Below, piece after piece: positions 24,001 through 36,659 of a stretch of DNA of 64,000 nt. Each line of letters opens with the position of its first letter. Position 1 is the stretch's first letter. The stretch lies in assembly GCA_050273025.1 (NCBI GenBank), contig CP158636.1, positions 9,920,001 through 9,984,000 of the forward strand. Direction: 5' to 3'. Below the pieces are notes generated by a model that ran no database searches, was not told the DNA's origin, and was given only the letters and a program-made list of their open reading frames with translations. The stretch is from Cenococcum geophilum (lineage: Eukaryota). The translations under genes and the position numbers were made by a program.

Positions 24001-27000
24001 ATCTTTCCGTTTAACCGTCTATCTATAAATAATATGCGGTAGAAGTTACTGCTTAAACTCCTTACTTTGCTAAGAACACTTCTTAAAATACTGCTATAAA
24101 TCTTAAATCTCTATCCGATATAATCTTACTTAGTGCCCTATATCTTATAAACACTTCTTTAATATAGATTTTAGCGACATCTTCCGCTAATATTTCTTCT
24201 AAATATGCTATAAAGTATCCCCACTTTATAAGCTTATTTACTATTACTAAGATTATATTATAATCTTATCTGGTAATAGGGTCTTTTAACTTTAGTAACT
24301 TAATAATAAAGTCCTATAATATAACCTCCTATAATCTCTCTAGTATTTTAATAGGTTATAGCTCTCTATATAGCTTATACCTTGTTAGTTTATTCCTTTA
24401 GTAATCTAGATATTCTTTTATAATTTGCCTAGCTAGTCCCTAGATTTTATTAATAATATACTTTTTTTAAAGTTTTAATACTAAGCCTATAGCTCTATTA
24501 TGTCCTTAAGTTAGTTCTTTATAAAATGACTTAATAAACTCTTTTATAATAGCTCTTAGTACGTATATTACTTCTTAATTTTTATACTGCTCTAAGTCTG
24601 GATCCTCTATTTATATGTCTAGGATCTTTTATATCTAATTACTCTCTAGAAATTTGTAGATCTTCTCTTCTTGTGTTACTGTAATCTTCAGGTAATTATA
24701 CCTAATTAATCTATCTATATCCCTTTGTAATAAAGCCCCTAATAGCTTTTTATTATTTTATAGTTTAGCTTTTCTACTTAGAGCATCCGCTTATGTATTC
24801 TCTGTACCCTTAGTGTACTAAATCTTAAAATGGTATTCTATAAGTATCTCCGCCTATCTAACCTATTTATAATTAAGTTCTTTCGTTATTAGGAACCCCA
24901 TTAGGTTCTTATAATCCATCTTAACTATAAATAGTTTCTTTATGCCTTGTAAGAATAATCTCTATTCCCTTAGTGCTATAACTATACCTAAAAACTCCTT
25001 ATTATAGATGTTATAGTTTAATTCTAGTAGTATTATCTTTTAACTATAATATGCCGCTAGGTGCCATCCATCTTTATATTTCTATAGAAAGTATGCTTCT
25101 AGTATATAGTCTAATACATCCGTTTCGACTATTGTCTTTAACTATAGCTAATAGATTTTAAAAACTAGCTCCTAGGTAAATAACTATTTAACCTTTTTAA
25201 ACAGTTCCTTTTATTCCTCTTCCTATACCTATAGTTCTTCCTTCTTTATTAATCTTATAAATGGCTTAATATCCTTTAACTATTAAGCTATAAACCTTCT
25301 GCAGTAGTTACAGAACCCTAAAAATAACCTTAACTATATTATATTTTCTAGTTTTTACTAATTTACTATAGCCTCAATCTTCTTTAGATCTATGCTAAGT
25401 TAGCCTAGTTTAATAATAAATTTAACGAAATCTATCTTCCTAGTAAAGAATTTGCATTTTTTAATTACTACTAGCATTTATTCTTTTTATAGTCTCTTTA
25501 AAACCTATTTAACGTGTTCTCTATATTCTTCCTTATTTATTAAGTAGATAATAATATTATTAAGGTATACCATAACAAATTCATCTAAGTGTTCTCTTAA
25601 TATATTGTTAATATGCTTCTAAAATATCACTAATGCGTTTATAAGCCTAAATTGCATAACTAGTAGTTTATATAGTCCTTCCTTTAACCTAAAGGCTGCC
25701 TTTTATTCGTTGCCTTCCTTAATTCTAATCTAATAGTACGCCTATCTTAGATCTATCTTTATAAAGATTTACGCATTACTAATTCTATTTTAGATTTCGC
25801 TAATTAAGGGTAAAGGATACCTATCCTTTCTAGTAATACTGTTTAACTATCTATAGTTAATATATAGTCTAAGTTTTTTATTCTTCTTTAGTATAAATAG
25901 TACTGGATATTCTGCTAATAACTATAATAGTCTAATATATCCCTTTTAAAGGTTTTCCTGGATAAACTCCTTAAGTGCCTATAACTCTTTTTCTGTTAAC
26001 TTATAAGTTAGGTAGAACCTTAAACTTATTTCTAGTTCTAACTCTATTTTATAGTCCTATACTATATAATCTAATAGCTTTTTACTTTCTAGTGACTATA
26101 GCTTCTTACTATACTTATAGTATCTCTTTAATATATAACTTAATCCTTAATTAGTCTCCTTATATATTACTCTAACTTAGTACTATACTAACTTAGTTTA
26201 TTATCGCATTTTACGTTATTATATATCTTTAATATTAACCTAACCTATAACCTAATTAATCTTTAGATTATATTCCTGTAACTAAGGCATTCCTAATACT
26301 GCCTTATTATTCCCTAATAGTAATATATTAAAAGATATCTTGACTTATCTCCCTTTAATGGTTATCTAAATAGGTTCTATTTTAAGATTAATAATACCTC
26401 CTCTATAGGCTATTAGATCTTTTAAAATTGTTACTAATAAATAGGGATGCTCTTTTTGCCTATATAGTAGCCCTATCCTTTTAACTACTGCTAGTAAGAT
26501 ATAGTTTTATATCGCTCCACTATCTACTAACGCTTTAAACTATTAATCTTACTAATTAACTCTTAGATTTAGGTGTTATCCTTAAATTCCTTTAAAGGTC
26601 TAAGGCTCTACTACTGGCTCCCTCTAGTCCTATAGGCCTCTACTTTTTCTAACTATTAGCTACTTAATCCTTATACACTTAACTTATTCTTTAGCCAATA
26701 CTTAGTCCGCTTTTTGTCTTTAATATACTATAGATAGGTATTCTCTAAACATTCCTACCATTATTATCTATCTAGGCATTCTTCTATAAGGAATCTTTCT
26801 AGTTAAAGTATTAAGTCTCCTAACTCCTAAACTTTTACTAGATGCCAGCCGTGTATATACTTAGTATTTCTATACTATTACTTATCTAGCGCCCAATACA
26901 TCCTTATAGGGTATTTCTGGTTTTTCTCTTTTGAATTTTTATATATTTTATATATATTATCTACGCATATAATCTATAATAGCGTATAGTATACCGCGTA

Positions 27001-30000
27001 CTTTAGGTTAACTTTTAACTTATCTTTATCCTTAAGTTTAAACCTTTATCACGTTAATCTAAACATTATGACTTTATTTATAGGTACTAAGACGCGCTTC
27101 TTACTTCTCTAGTCCTCTAATTATTTCTTTAGCTCCTTTAATATTATAATTAAGGCTCCCTTAATATAATTTATTACTTTTTCTATAATTAGGTGGTTTT
27201 AGATAACTCTTTTATCTAACTATATATAGAAATCTTCCTACTTATTGTTGTGTTTTTACCTATACCACTTTTAATACAGCTACTAGAGTATATACGGCTT
27301 ATCCGTAAGTAAGTATCTTCTTATTACTGCGTTATAATAGCCTTTTATATATTATTTTTTAAACCTAGTTAGAATCCCTAAATCCTCTTCGTTTTCTAGT
27401 TTAGTAAGCCACTTAGCCCTTAGTATACCTATTCTTAGCCTATTAGTAATTCTTTATACGGGTGCTCTGTCCCTTATATAACCTAGTATACTAGATCTTA
27501 TATCTAGTTTCTTTTCTTACTATATAAGGATTCTTACTCTAAACTCATCTATAGTTTCTTATTATTTATATCTTATAACTAGATCCTTGAAGTTCTCTTA
27601 CTTCTTAATTGCTGTATTAACTTTTTAATCTTTAGGTTAAACACTACATTCGCCTAGTAAGTCTTTTAGGTCTATATATCTATCTCCTAATCTAACTACT
27701 ATTTATACTATAGATTCCCTAATCTATAGTAAAGTCTCTTACTTCTTTCTTATAGGTGTCCTTATTCATACTCCAAATTCTTAACCCCTTAGATTCTTTA
27801 ACCCTAAGCTTACTTCTCTCTTAAGCTATACTCTAGCCTTAGTCCAGCTAGGCTTTACTAGTATCCTTGTCTTATCTTAAAAGTCCTAAATCTTACTTAT
27901 CTTATCTTAAGAGTTTTATACCTTTAGGAAACTTCGTCCTAAGCTTATTTATATATTACTAAACTAAGCTATTACTCTATCCCATCGGTTTTTGTCCATT
28001 ATAGGTCCTTAAGCATACCTTATCTTATCTTAAGAATCTTAGTTATCTCTTATCTTGTTTTAAGAATCTTAAGCCTTTAACCTTTTGCCTTTATTAAGTA
28101 GTAAGCTAGCACTAGCAGTTATCTGCTTACTTAATCATCTCTAAATATTACTTCTTCTATCTTATAAAGCAATAGATGTTATATCTAATGGTATTATAAT
28201 ACCCGTTACTAAACCTTACTTTATAGCGGTCTTAGTCTCTACTTCTATTACATTATTAAGGTTTAGATACCCCTAGTTAGTTCCTTTACTATCCTTATTA
28301 CTGTTAATTAATAAATACTTTAACTCTATTATTATTATTACTAATCTTTATCTATATATTACTATAATATCCTAATCTAGCTTATAAAATTAATTTTATT
28401 CTTTATCTAACTCTTTAGTTCCTTTAAGTCCTCTTAACTCTAGCTCTTGTAGCCAATAGCTTATACTATACTTAGCGTTTTTATAAATTTAGTATGCGTT
28501 ATTATAATAAAACGTAAAACTTCTAATTAAATATTCTTTTATTCCTTATAGTATACTATCGTCCCTTTATATATATATATTATATACTACTAGTCTAATT
28601 CCCTTTACTACGTAATAACTCTAACCACTCTTATAGTTTTTAGCAAAATAACTCTATTTTCCGTAATTTATATAAGCTCCGTCTTTAAACCATTACTTTT
28701 ATTATAGAGTTCGCTTAAACGTCTTCTACTACTAAGATCCCTAGTTTAGCCTATACTCCCTAGTCCTATAATTACTTAATCCTTAACCTTTAGGTTTCTA
28801 TAGTTTCTTACTCCATCTTTTATAGGTTTCTTTAGTACTACTTAGGTCTATTAGCTTTACGCTATACCATATTTTCTAATTTAGCTTAGGTTATTATATA
28901 CTCTACATCTTATATAACTATAGAACTCTATCCTAGCCCTTTTTAGCCTATTCCCTTTAGTAGATCCTATTATTAATCTTTATTACTTAATCTATTAGTT
29001 CCCTTAAGGTATCCGCATCTTCTATTAGGATAATTACGTCCTAGACTTTAGCCTTAAGTCCCTATTTATACTATACCATAAGCGCCTTATTATTCCACTT
29101 AACTTATATTACTAGTATTTAGAACTACGTTATATACTTAATTACTAAAGTTTATTATATAATATCTTAGAGTTTTCTTTCTACTATAGTTATTGCCTTT
29201 AGGTCTCTAAATATTTATATAAGTTACTCTGTAAATCTACCCTAGCTTAAGAATATAAACCGTACTTCTTAGTTCGTAGTTATTATTCTATTTACTTATA
29301 TCTCTATAAGGTAAGGCTTAAACTATTTAAGTGCCCTTTTTAATAAAAACAATCCTATATACGCTACTTAATCTATAGGTATTAGTAGCTTAGCTCCTTC
29401 TTATAAAACCTTAAAGTGCATTTATATAAGGAATCCTTTAAACTTTAATCTTTCTTCTAAGAATCTTTTAATTAATAATAGCTTAATCTTTACTACTCCT
29501 ATCCCGTTAATCCTATTTTTAAGTATTATATTATTTTCTATTAGTTAGTTAACTATCTCTTATAACTATTTTACTGTTATAGGTTATTATAAGTTAGTGT
29601 CTGCTATACTAGTATTATTACTTAATCTTAAAGTAGTTACCGCCGTTAATAGCGTTATAGTAGCTGCTTTTAGTGGCATATTATTTAACTTATTAAAACC
29701 GTAACTATAGTAGTAATTATATAATAGAGCCTTATAGCAGGAACTATAGTAAACTTATTAATAGGCTAGGTATATAGGTATTATAAGTAAGTTAATAACA
29801 TAATAATAACTAGTGGAGTGGTTGCCTAATAGATTAACTCTAATTATATTCTAAGAATTACTATAAGAAAGGAACTATCTAGGTAGGGACTAAGGGTCCT
29901 TAAATACACAACCGTACTCCTAAGAAAGTCGTTACTCTATCTACTCTGTCTACTCTATTCGCTCTATTACAGATCTTGCAGATCACACAGATTACATAGA

Positions 30001-30140
30001 TCACATCACGTGGCTCTGCTTACCATTCCTTGTCATATGGTTCCACGGGTTCCATCCTAGACCGTGCTTATATCAACTAACTAGCTTCTTCCAACTCCTC
30101 TCTAAGTAGTCGTAACATCGTACTTAAAGCGTTCGTAACA
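21089..30140 (-). mobile_element. Full-length chromoviral Gypsy element A2 (same family as A1), inserted in the 5' LTR of B
   Basis: 421-bp LTRs at 21089-21509 and 29720-30140, TSD CTTTA (21084-21088 / 30141-30145). Colinear with the reverse complement of A1. Confidence 0.95.
22948..23978 (+). mobile_element. Non-autonomous non-LTR retroelement (SINE/MINE-like) with a LINE-type 3' end and (TAC)n tail, inserted in the A2 integrase
   Basis: 13-bp TSD TACTATTCTAGTA (22935-22947 / 23979-23991), TAC-repeat tail at 23961-23980, 3' block shared with the LINE at 1-732, no RT remnant recognised. Confidence 0.88.
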
Positions 30141-30382
30141 CTTTAAGTATTTAATACTACGCCTAAGAAATGTATTAAGTACGTTAGTATATTACCTATA
30201 TTCCTATATTTCTACATTCCCACGTTCCGAACTTATAACGTAACTAACCATATAACTTAGCTACCCCTCGTCCTATAGCTTGATTGGTTCTAGTGCCTCC
30301 TATACTATCTTAACCAACCCGCTTATATCTCTTCTTAGTAGTCGCACTACTGCCGATATAAGGTCCGTAATAATTAAGATAT

Positions 30383-30523
30383 TGTCATGCGATGCGCTAC
30401 CCATACCTGCGGTATGGGCTGGAGAGCTTATAAGGCATTCCAACCGGCAGCCCGTCCAGTCGCGAGACACTGCTGCTATCTTTTTAGTTTGCATGGCCGA
30501 GTGGGTTGGGCTTGGACATGACA
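30383..30523. mobile_element. Solo LTR, 141 bp
   Basis: TGTCATG...CATGACA termini and 5-bp TSD GATAT (30378-30382 / 30524-30528). Confidence 0.85.
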
Positions 30524-30528
30524 GATAT

Positions 30529-30711
30529 TAAGTTATAGCCCTTAATTTTAAACTAAATTGTTATTTCTCTAGAACTAGCTAATAGATTATTTCTAAACTT
30601 TAACTAGAGTCTTAAAGTGGATATAAAAGGCCAGGATTAAATTTATATAATTTATAAGGGTTTAAATTTTCTAGATTTTGGTGGGGTGCGCAGCTTACCG
30701 GTGGAACACGT
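30529..30711. mobile_element. Terminus of a Fot1/pogo-like (Tc1-mariner) DNA transposon
   Basis: RIP-mutated AT-rich stretch ends in GGTGGGGTGCGCAGCTTACCGGTGGAACACGT followed by TA. An ACGT terminus with a TA target is typical of Fot1-like TIRs. The partner TIR is not in the window. Confidence 0.6.
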
Positions 30712-30788
30712 TAGAGCGAGTGGACGAGCTGCGTGAAAAGTGAAGCCAAGTAGATATCACAAAAATTATGTATATAGTAGTTAAATCT

Positions 30789-32335
30789 CTATTGAACTCT
30801 CCACACTATAAGCTTCTGATCAAATCCACCACTGACAACCCATTCCTCATCGATTTGAATATCGCCCTCTGTTATTCTAACTCGCCCGGCCCAAAGACAT
30901 CGGATCTTCGAGCCGGGTTCATGACCCTCTAAGCTGGCAACGAGCTTCCCTGTGCTTGCCTCGATCCCTCGGATGATCCCGTCATCACTATTCACCCGCG
31001 AGCCGCTTCCATCAGGTCGCCAGGCAAGCGTTGGAGTAGAGTATTGAGTCTGAGGGGCTAATGTAGAACATTGCACTAGAATTGCAGCAGATTCTCGGTC
31101 TTGTACCACAAGGGCAGCTCGCGCTTGGGATGCTTGAGTGGTAACATGGATGTCCTGCAGCTCCTGAGTAGAATGCGGGATAATCTCTGTCATGTGTTCC
31201 GAACGTCCGGTAGCTGCAGCTGCTACCGAGCTGATATGCGGCGGAACAAGGAGCCGTACGATGATCAGCTTCATATGAGGCACGGCGGATGTAGATACTG
31301 CCACAATGGATGGATCTGTAGGGCAAAGAGCAACCGCTGCTGGTGTAAAGGCAACCCACGCATTTGAATGTGGTGCCAAATTTTGTTTCCCTAGCAGACA
31401 AAATTCTCGCACATTTCCTGTTAGCGTAGGTAAGGCGTAATAGTATAGATATGTGGAATCTCTCCGTGTGAGAAGCAAAAGAGGTCGAGGTGAGCCTGCA
31501 TGCTCGATAAAAAGAATCGCCTCCGGGTTGCTTGGAAGGTTCATGACAGTGAGGGGTTCACCAAATCTAGGATTAAGACCCTCTGAAACACTCATGCGGT
31601 ATAAAACAATCTTTGAATCCCACCCTGCAGTCGCAATATATGCTTTTGTTGAATCTTGCCAGCTTGTGATTTTCACTACGTATTTCGTGTGGTCTTTTCT
31701 TTCGTCCAGCAAACTTTCCGACCTACAGTCGTATAATCTGATCCTACCAGACATGCTCGAGACTAGGAGGTATTTCCGGTCGAGAACGGTTGTATCTAAT
31801 ATAGGGGAGTCTTGCAAGTCCGGATAAGAGCGAAATACTTCAAAAGCCTTCGGGTCCGGAACCACCATATTGAGACGACGGTCTGCCGCACTCGTGAGAA
31901 GAAGTGGTTTGGCAACGGTCTGCCCGGGCAGGACTAGTTGCTCGATCGTAGCGTTGAGGATGTTCGATGACGATGGTAGACTGGTTACGGTAACCGGGGT
32001 GGTTGGCGCTACTCTCTGTCAATCCTTGGATGTTCCTTCTAGCTATACATAGGACTGACCAGGGACATGCCAGCCTCCGTCATCAACACCGAGTTTTTCG
32101 AAGTTGACAGTTAAATCGAATGTCTTCTTCTCCTGGAGAATCTGCTCGATTGTTAAATCGCCCTTCGATGTTGAACCCGCATCTGGCGGCAGGCCTGCCT
32201 CCTTCAGAAAAGCAGTCAGCGTCTGGAGAAAATGAGCTTGTGTCAGTTAGTGAAGATGTCTACAAAAGCCCATGCCTCATTGTAGCCATTGGCCCTGAGA
32301 AAGCGGGCCACGATGATTGCGGCGGACGGCAACAT
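30789..32335 (-). CDS. LisH and WD40-repeat protein, ~480 aa; exons 32335-32276, 32222-32060, 32008-30789
   Basis: N-terminal LisH motif VARFLRANGYNE/TLTAFLKEAGL; WD motifs ATAGWDSKIVLY, LEGHEPGSKIRCL, VSGGFDQKLIVW. Splicing gives a 1443-nt open frame; the first intron is GC-AG. Confidence 0.88.
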
Positions 32336-32592
32336 GATTGCAACCACTCCACGGGGGGCTATATAGATGGATTTTGATGTAGTCGCGTAGAGCAGTAAGG
32401 TGCATCTAATTCCGTTCGATGGGATCTGATAAGAGAAAGGATGGGGAAAGCCGTGACCGTAGAGTGAACAAAGCTTTTCTATGGAGGAAATTCTGCCGAG
32501 CCCTTGACATCTAGAACTCCAACATTTGATGACCTCAGGCCTCTACTAACGGCGAGGGATCGTAATTCAATACCCTCTCACTCCCTTAAGGG
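32336..32592. promoter_or_regulatory. Short divergent (probably bidirectional) promoter region
   Basis: 257 bp between head-to-head ATGs, with a TATATA element at ~32360. Function inferred from geometry only. Confidence 0.45.
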
Positions 32593-34960
32593 ATGGAGAG
32601 TTCTATAGATACACTAACTCAATCGGTTGCCAAATACTCTCCCTACAAGAATACTGCGGAGCTTGCTCCAATGGAAATCACACATACGACTTGCGAAAGA
32701 AGCTCTCTTAGCAACGACAACCTATACTGTGCGCAGGCACACAAGCCAGTTGGCCGTGAGGACTGTATAGCTTCCAAAGCCAGTAGTATCCAAAGGCCAG
32801 AAGTATTTTCAACTAGCCATTTCATGCAGAGGAGGCTAATTGTCGCAGACTCCATCGATGTCGAATAGCGAAATACTGGGACTGAGGCTGCACGAGTTAG
32901 AAGTACTGCGAAATCTTCTTCCTAACAATCCTTACTGTATAGACCTACGTATCAAGCTAGCTCGATCATACCAACTTCTTGGATACCCGGACCTTGCCGC
33001 TGGCGAGTCGTACAAAGCTCTTCTTCTTATTGATGAAGTTGTAGACGAAGCAGGAGAATACCACGAAAATGCTCTTGAAGCCGCGAAGGAATTAATTAAG
33101 CACTTCCCCGGTCATAAAAGAACGGAAAGGGCTGCAGACTATTTAGAAATTGGTGAACGACTACAATCCTCTAAAGACGACCATACATCATCAATAGATG
33201 TTGAAGTGGAGGATGATGAGGCAGCAGTATGGGCGAAAACATGCTGGTCTAGGGCTGCGTAGGTCTTGAAACTCTCATTGTCCGCTGCTTAAACTCTTGA
33301 TATCTTCCGGTCTGTATCCTCTTCGTCCATGTGCCTTATTTTTCATATTTAGACATCCATACAGTTGGTTCTATGCTATACTTTTCTACCGCTTTCTCTT
33401 TTCTCCTTTTGATGTCGCAAAAGTTGCAAAATTTTCTAATAACTATGGAGTATACTCATCAATACTCAGATATTTTTTCTTGTTGGAATGCCTTCTAGCA
33501 TGCGGTTCTCTGAAGAGTGCCTTCGATTATTACTCGAGAGTTTCAAGAATATTCCCAGGCGATCTCCAATTGGTCTCTATCCAAGAGAGGTTAGAACGAA
33601 AGCTCCGGTCACACTTTGAGTCCGGAAACATCACTTGGGATCAGAAAAACATCCACGTCGACGACTACCCGGAACGTGGATACGTTCGTCGGGAGTTGTA
33701 TCCTTGGAACAGCTATGAGCCAGATAGGTTTTCTGCTGAAAGCATACAGTTTCTCAATAATGAGATGAGTAATGTTGCTCCTAAACTGGAAGTTGTTGCA
33801 ACCAATCTTCCTTTACTTGATGCTGGGAAAGCGGCATCCGATGGGTAAGTGTTAAATCATCCTGGGATCCAGTCACTTCAATCGTAGTCGAAAACCCTTT
33901 CGCTCTGAGTGGTGAGTATAGATATTCTGGTCATGAGGCTCATTAGTGTCTGCATAGCGAAACGGCTATCACAGGTCAGCCCTCAAAATACATTAAGCAG
34001 CTTGGGATCTTTGCCAGGGAAAATATTCCTCCGGGTGAGGTAATACTGGAGGAAAAGTCCGTGCTGACGGCCATTGGACGACTTCACGAGTTTTTCTGCG
34101 ATGCCTGCAGTGCTACTCTGCCTAAAGACAATGCAACAACTGAAACACCTGAGGGCCCACTTTCCAGTAACCAGCAAATCTATTGTGAAGACTGCGATGA
34201 TGTCTTCTACTGTAGCCTTGAGTGCCATGATCTGGCTCAATCCAGTTATCACCCTGCCCTTTGTGGCTGCGTCGTTGATCTCATTTCCAAAGATATCCCC
34301 GCAACGGAAGCAGCAGACACTCTCTATTCATTACTCCTTCTCCGTGCTCTTGCTATGGCAGAGACTCAGGATGTCCATCCCCTTGAATTGAAAGAGGTCA
34401 AGTATATATGGGGAGACTACCACGGACTACCTCTGGAAAAAGTATGGCATACTGGTCGAGATGGCCAAATACCCGATGCCTTCGCCTCTGTACCTCAGAC
34501 ACTTCCATTTTCGTTCAATGCTAATATACTGACGCCGTTGCACATGCTGGAGAAGATGGGCGTAAACATCTTCGAGACGAATTCCCGATACGACTTTTGG
34601 GTATTCAACACTTTGTACGCGAAGTTTCGTGGTACTGCATCTGCTAGACAAGGCCCGGACGGAAGACCAGAAGTTAGTGCAGTCCATTCACTGTGGTGTC
34701 TCGCCAATCATAGCTGTGATCCGAATGTGGCATGGGAGTGGCAGGGCAGCATTAAGTTTTGGACTCGAGAAAAAATGGTCGCATGGAAAAATAAGGAGGG
34801 AAGGCGTAGTCCTGGGATCCGTAAAGGTGAAGAGCTGTTGAGCCACTATTGTGATGTTCGTTTACCAGTTAAGGAGAGGCGTGAGTGGGCTATTGGAGCA
34901 CTTGGAGGCATATGCCTTTGCGAGAGATGCCTGTGGGAAGCAGCAGAGGAAAAAAGTTGA
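32593..34960 (+). CDS. SET and MYND domain (SMYD-like) protein lysine methyltransferase, ~665 aa; exons 32593-32802, 32849-33258, 33470-33844, 33958-34960
   Basis: SET-N LGIFARENIPPGEVILEE, MYND cysteines CDAC..CEDC..YCSLEC..H...C, ANHSCDPN, ELLSHY, post-SET CLCERC. Phase-consistent GT-AG introns give 1998 nt. Exon 1 is less certain (alternative ATG at 32858). Confidence 0.88.
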
Positions 34961-35160
34961 AGAGATTGCAGTGGCTTGACGCCGATACCTCCGACAAGAG
35001 CCATTGTTTTTCTAATTCACTCCACCAGAGTCAAAGCTTCCATCTCGCGTCCACCTACACCTCATTCACACCAATACCTCTATCGCAAGCATTAAAGATC
35101 TGCAGATTATTGCTCAAACCTTCATAAGCACATCAGACGCCCGCCATAACTGTCTTTGCC

Positions 35161-36518
35161 ATGGCTAAACGCGTTAAATTTACCCTTTCTTCTCCAGCTC
35201 ATAATAACTCCTGCTCCGACAGTTACATCGATCATTCCAGAGTCACCACGCACTGCAATGCATACAGCATTTTGAGCGGATGGTGTAATGCAAAAGCAAC
35301 ATGGTACCCCTGGGGCATGTTGGCAGTCCGCGCAGATCATGAGCCTACGAAACTAAGAAATGCGTTCTGCAACTTTGAGCTCCCATGTGACCATGTTTGT
35401 AGTCGAAAGATGCCCTTCAGATCAGGCGAATTCCTCTAATGCCCCGAGCACAAACCTTTCGATTGCAGATGCCCAATTATGGCAGAGCTAAGATAGCACA
35501 TCTTCTCACATGCAACGCCAAATCTCGTCAACGCTCATCTCAAAATTCATAGAAGCTTGAAATTAGAAAGATACGGTACTGCTATCTCACTCTTGTTGGT
35601 CAGCCGATAGGTTTCCGAAGAAGCTGATACTGTCTTTTATTGAACGATACCTTTCTCAGTGCTTATGACTCCTCCCGGCATTCGCGCTCTGCATCGGGTA
35701 TGGACCTCAGGATTCTCTAGGATCCAGATTACAGAAAGCCCATGCTCACGGCTATAAACGATTTCGATTCCCTATTTCCAAAATTCCCCAGCATCGCGAG
35801 GTTCGCCGTGGAAATCGAGTGCGCTGTGCCTTATGAACGACCCCCGGGGCTCGCCTCGCAAGGATCAGACGAAGAGGACAACGTCATCAGTATCGGGCAA
35901 ACACCTACAAGTTCTTAACCACAATCGGCCCGATAGCCCGGATCGAGGTCAGCTTCTGCTTCCTGGAAAGCCACCACCTCGCCTCCGACGAGCGCGTGGC
36001 TCTCGCGAAACTGATCCTCCAACCCTTCAAGATCCTCTAGCACGCCCAAGCCCAACAAATCAAATTCCTGGCCATGTATTGGTACAACTCGTACAACATC
36101 GACATTACATGGAAGGGGAGGAACTACGAGTGGCCAAGCGTGGAGCCCGCGGAGAAGGCAGAGTACGAGCAGTACGTCTGGGACCTCGCGGCCTCGTTCA
36201 AAAACGCCGCGCCGTTCCGCCTAGGTGCCCGACAGCATGTGCTACTACCTGCGCCTGCTAGAGGTCGTGCGCAGCCCCCTGCAGGACGGCGTCTGCACCC
36301 CGACGGAGGCCGGCCAGCCGGCGTACTTCCTACAAGCGGCGTGCATCGCAGAGGCCCGCGGGGGCTACGATACCTCGCCAACATCACCGCCATGCTGGGC
36401 CACAGGCTCACGCGCATGGCCGCCCTCGCCCGCCCCCATCAGGCTAAGAGATGAACGAGAGAAAAATTTAGAGCTCAACAAAACCACTTTAAAGGAGGAT
36501 ATTGATGGACAGGCGTAG
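35161..36518 (+). pseudogene. Disrupted fungal hypothetical gene (F-box-like 'LLxVSRQVxEEAxxVFY' family)
   Basis: TAISLLLVSR*VSEEADTVFY* at 35578-35643 and LILQPFKIL*HAQ at ~36011-36050; in-frame stops and frameshifts in coding-like GC sequence. Confidence 0.5.
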
Positions 36519-36659
36519 GAAATCATTGTGGGAGAGAGCAGTGACATACAGAGTACGGTTGGAAATGCGGCAGAACCATCAAGGAAGCCTACATTACAAG
36601 GACGAAGAGGTGAATCCCATTAAGTTCCCATCATACTTACAACTTCACAGCATATCGTT

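Larger units (their letters stand above)
947..30372 (-). mobile_element. Ty3/Gypsy element B (relative of family A), in three pieces: ~947-3832, 19445-21088, 30146-30372; 3' part absent
   Basis: Colinear with A2 (RT ~950-1800, protease ~2300, gag 19450-20870). Sequence is continuous across the Copia insertion (TSD ATTAT) and across A2 (TSD CTTTA). 5' LTR = 20906-21088 plus 30146-30372. Confidence 0.85.

Noticed and set aside
30280..30531. ORFs 30280-30531 (+) and 30300-30494 (-)
   Set aside because: They span the end of B's LTR and a solo LTR; chance frames.
31012..35127. Many short overlapping ORFs
   Set aside because: Alternative-frame or antisense shadows of the WD40 and SET-MYND genes.
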